Positions 19,317 through 28,170 of a stretch of 64,000 bases of DNA are shown piece by piece. This DNA is from Ferruginibacter sp. (GTDB lineage Bacteria; Bacteroidota; Bacteroidia; Chitinophagales; Chitinophagaceae): NCBI GenBank assembly GCA_025351645.1, contig JANXVN010000041.1, forward strand, positions 2,524 to 66,523, read 5' to 3'. Within the stretch, counting starts at the first letter, position 1. Each line of letters begins with the position of its first letter. The position numbers were made by a program, and so were the translations under genes. The notes under the pieces were generated by a model. It did not search any database. It was not told the origin of the DNA and saw only the letters and a list, made by a program, of their open reading frames with translations.

Positions 19317-20696
19317 ATGAAAAAATTTGGCGCCTTATTTTTTATTGTTATTATTTCCTTTGCTTTCGTAACCATCACCGATAGCCTTAAAGAAGATCCG
19401 GAGTTTATTGCGCCTAGCAAGCAACGTACCGGCGATGCAAAAAAAGGATATAACTATTTAGTGACGGGTGATTATTTAAAAAGCGGCATCCCCTATTCAT
19501 TGTTTATGATGGGCTCGCCAAAAGATACTAACAATTATTTAGGCCGGACAGGCAACAATAAAAATCTTCGTCACGATTTTACAGCGGTGAAAGCGCCTAA
19601 CGGAGAAGAAATAGTAGCACCTAATTGCCTGCAATGCCATGCACAGGTTTTTGATGGAAAGCTAATTGTCGGCTTGGGAAATTCTTTATCAGATTATACC
19701 ATCAACAGAGAAAATACTGCCTTGTTTGCGGAAAAATTTTTGAAGAACCTCACAGGTGAAAATGCCAAAAAATACGAGGCTGCAAAAAACTTTATCAACT
19801 CCATTAAAATAATTGCACCACAATTAATTACCGGCACAAAGGGCGTTAACCTTGCAGATGGGCTTGCGTTTTTATTAGTAAGCCACCGGGACCCGGCCAC
19901 CCTAAAATGGAGCGACCAGAACCTAATGCAGATGCCCAACGAAATTATACCTACGGATGTACCTGCATGGTGGTTATTGAAAAAGAAGAATGCCATGTTT
20001 TACAATGGTTTTGGGCGTGGCGATTTTGGCCGCTTTTTAATGGCCAGCAATTTACTAACGGTTACGGATACTACTGAAGCAAAAGAAGTGGACACCCATT
20101 TTAATGATGTGCTTGCTTATATCAATTCTATACAGCCGCCAAAATTTCCCAAGGCAATAAATGCTTCAATGGCAGTGCAAGGGAAAAATATTTTTACTGC
20201 AAACTGTTCCAACTGCCACGGTACTTATGGCGATAAAGGAACTTACCCTAACCTGCTGATACCTGAGTCCATTATACAGACAGATTCTTCGCTATTTACT
20301 TCTAACTATAGCAACCCGCAAATGGTGGATTGGTTTAATAATAGCTGGTTCAGCACCGGCGATCATCCTGCCAAACTAGTACCTTACCGTGGCTATATTG
20401 CGCCTCCGCTTGATGGTATTTGGGTAACGGCGCCTTACCTGCACAATGGCTCTGTGCCTAACTTAGAAGGTGTTTTGAATAGTAAGAAGCGGCCGAAATA
20501 CTGGCAACGAAATTTCATAGCACCAACTTATAACTACGATATTCCTGGCTATGATTATCAAATAAAAGATGCTGCTGGTAATAACGAAGTATACAACACA
20601 ACACTAAAAGGATTTAGTAACGAAGGGCATTATTTTGGTGATAATTTATCAGAAAAAGAAAGGCGTTCGGTGATTGAATATTTGAAGATGCTGTAA
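19317..20696 (+). CDS. Di-haem c-type cytochrome (cytochrome c peroxidase/MauG-like), membrane-anchored or secreted
   Basis: Two CxxCH motifs (CLQCH, CSNCH), APYLHNGSVPNLEGVL resembling the distal-haem region of di-haem peroxidases, and a hydrophobic N-terminus. Confidence 0.65.
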   Translation: MKKFGALFFIVIISFAFVTITDSLKEDPEFIAPSKQRTGDAKKGYNYLVTGDYLKSGIPYSLFMMGSPKDTNNYLGRTGNNKNLRHDFTAVKAPNGEEIVAPNCLQCHAQVFDGKLIVGLGNSLSDYTINRENTALFAEKFLKNLTGENAKKYEAAKNFINSIKIIAPQLITGTKGVNLADGLAFLLVSHRDPATLKWSDQNLMQMPNEIIPTDVPAWWLLKKKNAMFYNGFGRGDFGRFLMASNLLTVTDTTEAKEVDTHFNDVLAYINSIQPPKFPKAINASMAVQGKNIFTANCSNCHGTYGDKGTYPNLLIPESIIQTDSSLFTSNYSNPQMVDWFNNSWFSTGDHPAKLVPYRGYIAPPLDGIWVTAPYLHNGSVPNLEGVLNSKKRPKYWQRNFIAPTYNYDIPGYDYQIKDAAGNNEVYNTTLKGFSNEGHYFGDNLSEKERRSVIEYLKML

Positions 20697-20885
20697 AGCA
20701 ACAACAGCCCAGCCTCCCTGCCCTCTAAAGGAGGGTTATTGAGCAAGCTGATTTGAAGAGTATTTGCAAATGGAACAGGGGTACCCTTACGACACATGAA
20801 AAGAAGTAGCAATGTAGCTGAGGCCAGGAACCCTCCTTTGGAGGGCTGGGAGGCTGGATAGCAAATTGAAAAGGAGTACCACAAA
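20697..20885. repeat. Family A element (copy A3)
   Basis: Arms 20711-20737 (AGCCTCCCTGCCCTCTAAAGGAGGGTT) and 20829-20856 (AACCCTCCTTTGGAGGGCTGGGAGGCTGG). Starts right after the cytochrome stop codon. Confidence 0.8.
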
Positions 20886-20980
20886 GCTATTACCGTACAA
20901 ATGAGTGATCCGACAGCCGGCGGAATTACCAGTACTATGTATTTGAAAAAGATTATAAATTAATGGAAAATTATTTAATA

Positions 20981-21090
20981 GATCATTAATCAATGCCGTT
21001 AAGTTAAGCCCTTTCCTCTCCTTTGGAGAGGAAAGGGTGAGGTAAAGACAAACATTTTAATCCTTAACTTAACGGCATTGGATCATTAAT
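20981..21090 (+). mobile_element. Family B MITE-like element (copy B1) with flanking 10-bp direct repeats
   Basis: TIRs CAATGCCGTTAAGTTAAG (20991-21008) and CTTAACTTAACGGCATTG (21063-21080) are perfect reverse complements. GATCATTAAT occurs on both flanks (20981-20990, 21081-21090). Confidence 0.8.
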
Positions 21091-21161
21091 AATAATAGCA
21101 TAGGCAGGGTACTTTATGAATTAATCAGTGCCAAACAAAAAACAAAAAACAATAAACATTT

Positions 21162-23678
21162 TTGAAGTCTACAAAGGGATATTTAATCATTAACCAATGG
21201 CTTGCTCAAAAAGGGCATCATCCATTTTTATTTCAGCAACAAACCTGGGCAGAAATTATACAAGGCAAAAGTGGTTTGGTAAATGCGCCAACCGGTTGCG
21301 GCAAAACATTTTCTGTTTTTTTAGGCGCTGTCATCGATTTTATAAATCATCACCCAACCAACTATCAAACCAAAATCAAGAGCGGCTTACAGCTTATTTG
21401 GATAACGCCTTTGCGTGCGCTGGCAAAGGATATCGGTCGTGCAATGGATGAAGTAATTGTTGAATTAGGGATGAGCTGGAAGGTTGGCATCCGCAATGGC
21501 GACACTACGATGAGCGACCGTGCAAAACAAAAAAGGCAGATGCCGGAAGTGCTGATCATTACCCCAGAAAGCCTGCATTTGTTGCTGGCACAAAAACATT
21601 ACCCGGAAGTTTTCACTTCTTTAAAAATATTGGCCGTTGATGAATGGCATGAATTATTAGGTAGTAAAAGAGGCGTGCAGGTTGAGCTGGCGGTATCCAG
21701 GATTATTGCGTTAAGAAACAATATACAGCAAGAAAAGCCTACTGAAAGATCGGTAAGTATTTGGGGCATCTCTGCAACTATTGGTAATTTGGAACAGGCA
21801 AGAGATGTGCTGCTGGCTACTTTGAGTAATGCAGACAAACCGGGCAAAATAATAAAAGCCATCATCAATAAAAAAATAGAGATAGAATCCATACTTCCGG
21901 ATGAGATAGAAAAATACCCGTGGGCAGGGCATTTGGGCTTGAAGCTGGTAGAAAAAGTAATACCGATCATCAACAATAATAAGACCACGCTCATCTTCAT
22001 TAACACCCGTGGCATGACGGAAAGATGGTACCAGGCATTGCTGAATGTAGCGCCGGAATTAGCCGGTGCTATTGCTTTGCACCATGGCAGTATTGAACAA
22101 GATTTAAGGCTGTGGGTAGAGGACAATTTACATACAGGAAAATTGAAAGCGGTAGTCTGTACTGCAAGCCTTGATTTAGGCGTAGACTTTAGGCCGGTAG
22201 ATACGGTAATACAAGTTGGTTCGCCCAAAGGCGTTGCACGATTTTTACAAAGAGCAGGCCGAAGCGGGCATCAGCCGGATGCCACTAGCAAGATATATTT
22301 TTTACCAACGCACTCGCTGGAATTAGTTGAAGCTGCAGCACTTAAAACGGCCATCGCCCAAACATTTATTGAAAGCAGGGAACCAATGTTATTATGCTTT
22401 GATGTGCTGGTGCAATACCTGTGCACCTTAGCCGTATCAGATGGTTTTGTGCCTGCCCAAATTTTTGAAGAAATTAAAAAAACTTATTGCTTTAGTGATA
22501 TTACAGAGGATGAATGGCAGCAGCTATTATTTTTTTTAACTGCCGGTGGCGCTGCATTACAGCAATACGACGAGTATAAAAAAATTGAAGTTATTGATGG
22601 CGTGTACCACATGCCCAACCGCCGCATGGCCATGCGCCACCGCATGCACATCGGTACTATTGTAAGCGACTCTATGCTGAAAGTAAAATTTTTAAGTGGT
22701 GGTTATATTGGTGTGATAGAAGAATATTTTATTAGTAGGCTAACGCCTGGCGATGTGTTTACATTGGCGGGAAGGAACCTGGAATTTTTGATGATAAAAG
22801 ATATGACGGCGCTGGTAAAAAAATCAAACTCCAGTAAGTCTATTGTGCCTAGCTGGAATGGTGGGCGCATGCCATTAAGTGCCAACCTTGGGCAAATGCT
22901 ACGGAAGACTTTTGACAAGGCTTTTGAAATGAACGGGCTCGACCTTACCAAAAAAGAAAAGGCCAGCGAGCCTGAGCTAACAGCGCTTAAACCGCTGTTT
23001 GACCTGCAGCAGCAATTATCGCACATACCAAAAGAAAATGAATTGCTGATAGAGCATATCGAAACCAAAGATGGCTTTCATTTATTTGTATATCCGTTTG
23101 AAGGGCGGTTGGTGCACGAGGCAATGGCAGCAATATTGGCATGGCGCATCGGGCAGATAACACCCATTACATTTTCGTTTGCAATGAACGATTATGGCTT
23201 TGAATTATTGAGCGACCAACCTATACCTATTGACGATACGAACGTGTATGAATTGTTTAGTTTAAATAATTTATTTGAAGATATACAACGGTCTGTAAAT
23301 AGCGTAGAAATGGCTAAACGAAAATTTAGGGATGTGGCGGTAATTGGGGGCTTGATTTTTCAAGGCATGCCGGGCGAACATGTAAAGCAACGGCATTTAC
23401 AAAACAGTGCCAGCCTGCTTTTTAGCGTGTTCAGCGAATATGACCCTAAAAATATTTTGCTACGGCAAGCCTATCAGGAAGTGCTTGATCAGCAGATGGA
23501 AGAAGTGCGGTTGAGGAACATGCTTGAGCGTATACAAAAAGGCAATATTATTATAAAGTTCCCGGTACGGTTAACGCCATTTTGCTTCCCTTTAAAAGTA
23601 GATAGCTTAAGAGAAATCTTATCATCAGAAAAGCTGGAAGACCGTATAAAAAGAATGCAGGCCCAGCTTGCGCAATAA
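21162..23678 (+). CDS. Ligase-associated DNA damage response DEXH-box helicase (Lhr-like)
   Basis: NAPTGCGKT (Walker A), DEWH (DExH), QRAGRSGH (motif VI). TTG start. Confidence 0.9.
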   Translation: MKSTKGYLIINQWLAQKGHHPFLFQQQTWAEIIQGKSGLVNAPTGCGKTFSVFLGAVIDFINHHPTNYQTKIKSGLQLIWITPLRALAKDIGRAMDEVIVELGMSWKVGIRNGDTTMSDRAKQKRQMPEVLIITPESLHLLLAQKHYPEVFTSLKILAVDEWHELLGSKRGVQVELAVSRIIALRNNIQQEKPTERSVSIWGISATIGNLEQARDVLLATLSNADKPGKIIKAIINKKIEIESILPDEIEKYPWAGHLGLKLVEKVIPIINNNKTTLIFINTRGMTERWYQALLNVAPELAGAIALHHGSIEQDLRLWVEDNLHTGKLKAVVCTASLDLGVDFRPVDTVIQVGSPKGVARFLQRAGRSGHQPDATSKIYFLPTHSLELVEAAALKTAIAQTFIESREPMLLCFDVLVQYLCTLAVSDGFVPAQIFEEIKKTYCFSDITEDEWQQLLFFLTAGGAALQQYDEYKKIEVIDGVYHMPNRRMAMRHRMHIGTIVSDSMLKVKFLSGGYIGVIEEYFISRLTPGDVFTLAGRNLEFLMIKDMTALVKKSNSSKSIVPSWNGGRMPLSANLGQMLRKTFDKAFEMNGLDLTKKEKASEPELTALKPLFDLQQQLSHIPKENELLIEHIETKDGFHLFVYPFEGRLVHEAMAAILAWRIGQITPITFSFAMNDYGFELLSDQPIPIDDTNVYELFSLNNLFEDIQRSVNSVEMAKRKFRDVAVIGGLIFQGMPGEHVKQRHLQNSASLLFSVFSEYDPKNILLRQAYQEVLDQQMEEVRLRNMLERIQKGNIIIKFPVRLTPFCFPLKVDSLREILSSEKLEDRIKRMQAQLAQ

Positions 23679-23722
23679 TGTACAAGCAGCGCCTGCATTG
23701 CTATGAAATTATAAGACGCCAG

Positions 23723-24232
23723 TTAATAAATCAGGTACTTTTTTTGTACTGAATATAATATGATAAAGATTAAGGGAAACAGCATAAATATTAAAGAAAA
23801 ACCAGTAAACAACCCTGCGCCTAAAAATAGTAACCCAGCAACAACTGGTAATATTTCGCCTACCAGCCAAAGTATATAACCTTGCTTTTTTAAATTGCGC
23901 ATTTCCATAGCGCCGTAGATACATAGCGCAGCACCTACAATAGTCAGCAACATAATAGGCAATTTATTTTCCATTGATTTTCTTGATAGTTCCAGCATTT
24001 CTGGTCCCATCATTTTTTTTACAAATGCGGGTGCGTCTGCCATTTTATCCTGGGCATCCACCATGGCTTTATATGATTTTTCTGCACTAATGTAAGTCCA
24101 TACCCCACTTATAAGTGCAATGGCTGAACCAATAAAAGTTAAGATGGTTAACACATTTAAACCGGTTGGTAGTACAGTTTTTTCGCCATTTGCAAAATCT
24201 AATACTTCTGATGTAGAGTTAGTTTCTGTCAT
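23723..24232 (-). CDS. Small multi-pass membrane protein (about 4 helices), unknown function
   Basis: 169-aa ORF with four hydrophobic segments. Opposite strand to the surrounding repair genes. Confidence 0.5.
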   Translation of the reverse strand: MTETNSTSEVLDFANGEKTVLPTGLNVLTILTFIGSAIALISGVWTYISAEKSYKAMVDAQDKMADAPAFVKKMMGPEMLELSRKSMENKLPIMLLTIVGAALCIYGAMEMRNLKKQGYILWLVGEILPVVAGLLFLGAGLFTGFSLIFMLFPLIFIILYSVQKKYLIY

Positions 24233-24326
24233 AAATAAAATATTTTTATGTAAAGTAGCTACTTATTTTTTCATTTCAAAACCAATTGCACATTAGTTGT
24301 GCGCTGTGCAATTTACCTTTACAGTA

Positions 24327-24983
24327 ATGTCAGCTTTAATACCGCACACTATATTGGGCAATACTTTTTTACTATCGGCTAGCCGGTGTATATTTTGGGA
24401 AGAAGAAAGAATACTGATTATGAGCGACTTGCACCTGGGCAAGACCGGGCATTTCCGCAAATCAGGCATTGCTATACCGCAAGCTGTTTTTAAAGAAGAT
24501 ATGCAAAGGCTGGTAACACAGCTGCAAATTTTTAAGCCGAGGCAAGTAATTATCATCGGCGATATGTTTCATAGCCATGATAATAAGGAGCATGAATTCT
24601 TTTTAAAATGGCGGCAGGATTTTGCTGACATCCCTATTCATTTAGTAAAAGGCAACCACGATATTTTAAAAGAAGCCTGGTACGCTAAGGCTGGCATTAC
24701 AATAAATAAATGCGAGCTGGCTATTGGAGCTTTTATGTTTGTGCACGACTTTAACGATTGCGCCATACCAGATAAAGGCTACATTTTTAGCGGCCACATT
24801 CATCCCGGCGTAACAGTCCGCGGGGCAGGCAGGCAGTCGCTACATTTTCCTTGTTTTTATTTTGGTAAAGAATATGCAGTGCTGCCGGCATTTAGCAAAT
24901 TTACCGGTACTTATACTATTGAACCAAAAGCTGGTGAAAGTGTTTTTGCTTTAGTAGAACAAACTCTTGTACAAATTAAATGA
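24327..24983 (+). CDS. pdeM: Ligase-associated DNA damage response metallophosphoesterase PdeM
   Basis: SDLHLGK, IIGDMFH, GNHD. ATG at 24327 preferred over the TTG at 24297. Confidence 0.8.
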   Translation: MSALIPHTILGNTFLLSASRCIFWEEERILIMSDLHLGKTGHFRKSGIAIPQAVFKEDMQRLVTQLQIFKPRQVIIIGDMFHSHDNKEHEFFLKWRQDFADIPIHLVKGNHDILKEAWYAKAGITINKCELAIGAFMFVHDFNDCAIPDKGYIFSGHIHPGVTVRGAGRQSLHFPCFYFGKEYAVLPAFSKFTGTYTIEPKAGESVFALVEQTLVQIK

Positions 24984-25897
24984 CCAATAATAGCTTGCTG
25001 AAAATTGCCTACTCGCCTATATACGCACACCCTTTGCCAGAAGGGCACCGCTTTCCGATGCTAAAGTACGAGTTGATACCAGCCCAGCTTTTACATGAAG
25101 GCAGTATTACTACAGATAATATTTTTCAGCCTGCTATTTGTAACGATGAAATTATTTTATGGACGCATGATAAAGCTTATTTAGAGCGGCTGCACAACCA
25201 AACATTATCGGTTAAAGAACAGCGCCAGATTGGCTTTCCACAATCGCCGGCTTTAACCGAAAGAGAACTGGTAATTGCACAGGGCACTATAGATTGTTGC
25301 TACTATGCAATGCAGCATGGCGTAGCAATGAACGTTGCCGGTGGTACGCACCATGCTTTTGCAGATAGGGGCGAAGGCTTTTGCATGCTGAACGATATGG
25401 CTATAGCGGCAAACTATTTATTGAAGAAAGGCCTTGCAAAAAAAATCATCATTATAGATTTAGATGTACACCAGGGCAATGGCACTGCCAAGCTTTTTGA
25501 ACAGGATAAAAGGGTATTTACTTTTAGTATGCATGGCGAGCATAACTATCCTTTTCATAAAGAAAAAAGCGATTTGGATATTGGGTTGAAAGATGGCACT
25601 GATGATGCTACGTACCTTGGATTATTAAAAGATATTTTGCCAACATTACTGACTGATGTACGACCAGATTTCGCCTTCTTTTTAAGCGGCGTTGATATTT
25701 TAAATACCGACCGGTATGGCAAGCTGCAAGTATCGCCGGAAGGCTGCAGGCAAAGGGATGAATTTGTATTTACTTTATTGAAACAAAATACTATTCCATG
25801 TGCGGTTAGCATGGGCGGCGGCTATAGCGCTGATGTAAAAATTATTATGGAAGCGCATTGCAATACTTTTAGGACTGCGCTGGATGTTTACTTTTAG
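24980..25897 (+). CDS. Histone deacetylase-family (arginase-fold) deacetylase
   Basis: GGTHHA, DLDVHQGNG, ...GGGY. ATGA overlap with the pdeM stop. Confidence 0.85.
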   Translation: MTNNSLLKIAYSPIYAHPLPEGHRFPMLKYELIPAQLLHEGSITTDNIFQPAICNDEIILWTHDKAYLERLHNQTLSVKEQRQIGFPQSPALTERELVIAQGTIDCCYYAMQHGVAMNVAGGTHHAFADRGEGFCMLNDMAIAANYLLKKGLAKKIIIIDLDVHQGNGTAKLFEQDKRVFTFSMHGEHNYPFHKEKSDLDIGLKDGTDDATYLGLLKDILPTLLTDVRPDFAFFLSGVDILNTDRYGKLQVSPEGCRQRDEFVFTLLKQNTIPCAVSMGGGYSADVKIIMEAHCNTFRTALDVYF

Positions 25898-26047
25898 TTT
25901 TTTTTGCCGGTGAGGCGGCGAGGCGTTTTAAGTATAACACTTTCAGTATAATACAGGATATTTATTATTAGTATATTTCTTGATAACTACCAATAATTTT
26001 AGAAGCTGTTCAACGAATTTAAAATTCAATTAAAAGGTATAAATTTT

Positions 26048-26245
26048 ATGATGAAAGGGCGGGAATTAATTAAGATAATTAAATCTGATGTATGGTACCT
26101 TGTTCGATAAAAAGGAAGTCATAAACAATATCGGCATTCTGTAAAAAAAGGATTGGTAATAGTTGCATTTCACAAACAGAGTGACGAAATAGCATTAGGA
26201 ACACTAAATAGTATATTTAAGCAAGCGCAAATAAATAAGAAATGA
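26048..26245 (+). pseudogene. hicA: hicA-type mRNA interferase toxin gene interrupted by an in-frame TAA (26108-26110)
   Basis: Not in the ORF track. Translation MMKGRELIKIIKSDVWYLVR*KGSHKQYRHSVKKGLVIVAFHKQSDEIALGTLNSIFKQAQINKK. The stop sits where HicA proteins usually have Gln (VRQKGSH). TGA overlaps the hicB ATG (ATGA at 26242). Confidence 0.7.
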
Positions 26246-26457
26246 GAAAGTATCTAGTAGTTTACGAAAAAACAAAAACAGGCTATTCCGCTTACGTACC
26301 CGATTTACCTGGTATTGCTGCAACAGGCAAAACAAAATTAATAGTTGAAAAGAATATTTTTGAAAGCATACAGTTTCATTTGGAAGGTTTGAAAGAAGAG
26401 CATTATCGCATTCCAAAAGCAAGTGCAGAAAGTGAAATGCTCGTCTTTACTTTATAA
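26242..26457 (+). CDS. hicB: HicB-family antitoxin
   Basis: MRKYLVVYEKTKTGYSAYVPDLPGIAATGKT... is a typical HicB N-terminal domain. Confidence 0.8.
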   Translation: MRKYLVVYEKTKTGYSAYVPDLPGIAATGKTKLIVEKNIFESIQFHLEGLKEEHYRIPKASAESEMLVFTL

Positions 26458-26478
26458 TTTATCACTGCATAAAAAAAA

Positions 26479-27714
26479 CTATCCTAATTTCCTTCTCGCC
26501 AGCTCCTTCTTTATCAAACCCAGCTCCCGCCCTGTTTGCCCGCTTACGGAGGAGTTTTCTTGCGCTCTTCTCATAAGGTATGGTATCACGTCTTTTATTG
26601 GCCCAAAAGGTAAATACTTGCTTACGGAGCAGCCTGCTTTGGCAAGGTTAAAAGTAATGTTGTCGCTCATGCCATATAGCTGTGAAAAATGTACGTGCCC
26701 GTTACTAAGCGGGATGTTTTTTTGTTGCAATAGATCAGTTGCCAATAAATTGCTTTGCTCATTGTGTGTGGCTATAATTACGGCAACAATATCAAGGTGG
26801 TTGATGCAGAATTCAAGAGCGGCATTATAATCTTTGTCCGTACTTTCCTTACTAGGTTGTATGGGAGATTGATAATTCATTTCAACTGCACGCCTTCTTT
26901 CTTTTTCCATATAAGCGCCCCTTACCAGTTTGGCGCCGAGGATAAATTTTCTTTCATCCGCAGCTTCATAGCTATCCTGCAAAAATTTGTACCGGTCGTG
27001 CCTGTATAATTGAATTGTGTTGTAAACTACTACCCGCTTCTTGTTAAACGTATCCATCATTAAAATAGTAAGCGCATCAACAGGGTCTTGTATCCATGTT
27101 TCTTCCGCATCTACCAGTAAGCCAATTTTTTTATTGCCTGCTGTCTCGCACATGCCCAGCATCCTTACTTTTACACGGTGCCATTCTTCTTTTTCTGTGG
27201 TAGATAATAACTCTATTGCCGCAAGGTATCTTTTCATCAGCGTACCTTCTAACATGCCCATGCTTGCATCTATTTTTTCCAATAAAGCAAAACGAGAAAA
27301 TCCGGTTACTTTGATACTTATAAAAGGGATGTTTGGCTGTGTGGCAGCATAATTAATTACCCTTATAAATTCTTCCGTGGCATGGTCAAATCCTGCCTCT
27401 CCATCATCGCCGCCTTCTACGCCATAATCCAGTATTACTTCAACATTGTAGGCTGCTAATTTTTTTGCTACCGTAGCTGTTTCCACTAACGTTTCGCCGC
27501 CTACAAATTGCTGAAAAATGGTACTGCGTATAGCGGGCGTGGTAAAAGGCAAATGCCATTTAATAGCTAACGGTGTAAATGCCAACCCTATTTTTACCAG
27601 CCACGGCTTACCCATTGCGCTAAATAAAAAGTTAGCTTTTTTTAACTCGCTATCCTTTTTATAAGCAAATGCATATTCTGTATTATCGAAAGAAATATTG
27701 GTGGTCTTACCCAT
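26479..27714 (-). CDS. Proline dehydrogenase family protein
   Basis: LVDAEETWIQD, TIQLYRHD, ATHN, LYGM. I start at the ATG at 27714 (MGKTTNISF...) because the ORF-track extension to 27825 runs into repeat A4. Confidence 0.8.
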   Translation of the reverse strand: MGKTTNISFDNTEYAFAYKKDSELKKANFLFSAMGKPWLVKIGLAFTPLAIKWHLPFTTPAIRSTIFQQFVGGETLVETATVAKKLAAYNVEVILDYGVEGGDDGEAGFDHATEEFIRVINYAATQPNIPFISIKVTGFSRFALLEKIDASMGMLEGTLMKRYLAAIELLSTTEKEEWHRVKVRMLGMCETAGNKKIGLLVDAEETWIQDPVDALTILMMDTFNKKRVVVYNTIQLYRHDRYKFLQDSYEAADERKFILGAKLVRGAYMEKERRRAVEMNYQSPIQPSKESTDKDYNAALEFCINHLDIVAVIIATHNEQSNLLATDLLQQKNIPLSNGHVHFSQLYGMSDNITFNLAKAGCSVSKYLPFGPIKDVIPYLMRRAQENSSVSGQTGRELGLIKKELARRKLG

Positions 27715-27792
27715 AAAAATTTGAAGATTATTTGTCAAAGATAATCCATCTACGCTTCTGTCTATCTGGTGGTAAAAGCTCAGCATAGTTAT

Positions 27793-27932
27793 TTTGTACA
27801 AGAGGTTAGCATCCCTACCCTCCAAAGGAGGGTTTTTATAGTAAGATGATTTTAAAAGAACTTTTTAAATTCGCATGGTTTAGAACCCTCCTCTGTAGTG
27901 CAGGGAGGCTATAGCTTTAGTATTGGCAGGAA
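27793..27932 (-). repeat. Family A element (copy A4, minus orientation)
   Basis: Arms 27808-27834 (AGCATCCCTACCCTCCAAAGGAGGGTT) and 27884-27910 (AACCCTCCTCTGTAGTGCAGGGAGGCT). The flanks are reverse complements of the A1 end modules. Confidence 0.8.
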
Positions 27933-27939
27933 CATAACA

Positions 27940-28050
27940 AATTATAATTCAATGCCGTTAAGTTAAGGATCTATATGTTTGTCTTTACCTCACCCTAAAC
28001 CTCTCCAAAGGAGAGGAAAGGTCTTAACTTAACGGCATTGAATTATAATT
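27940..28050 (-). mobile_element. Family B MITE-like element (copy B2) with flanking 10-bp direct repeats
   Basis: TIRs at 27950-27967 and 28023-28040 are perfect. AATTATAATT on both flanks (27940-27949, 28041-28050). The core is inverted relative to B1. Confidence 0.8.
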
Positions 28051-28170
28051 AATGAATTATATTTTTAATTAACGAAGGGCTGTCTTTATCGTAAGGATGC
28101 TATAAAATAGAGAGCCGGTTAATATTTATTAAACAATACGATGGCTGTTTTGTTTGTTCGCTTTTATACA

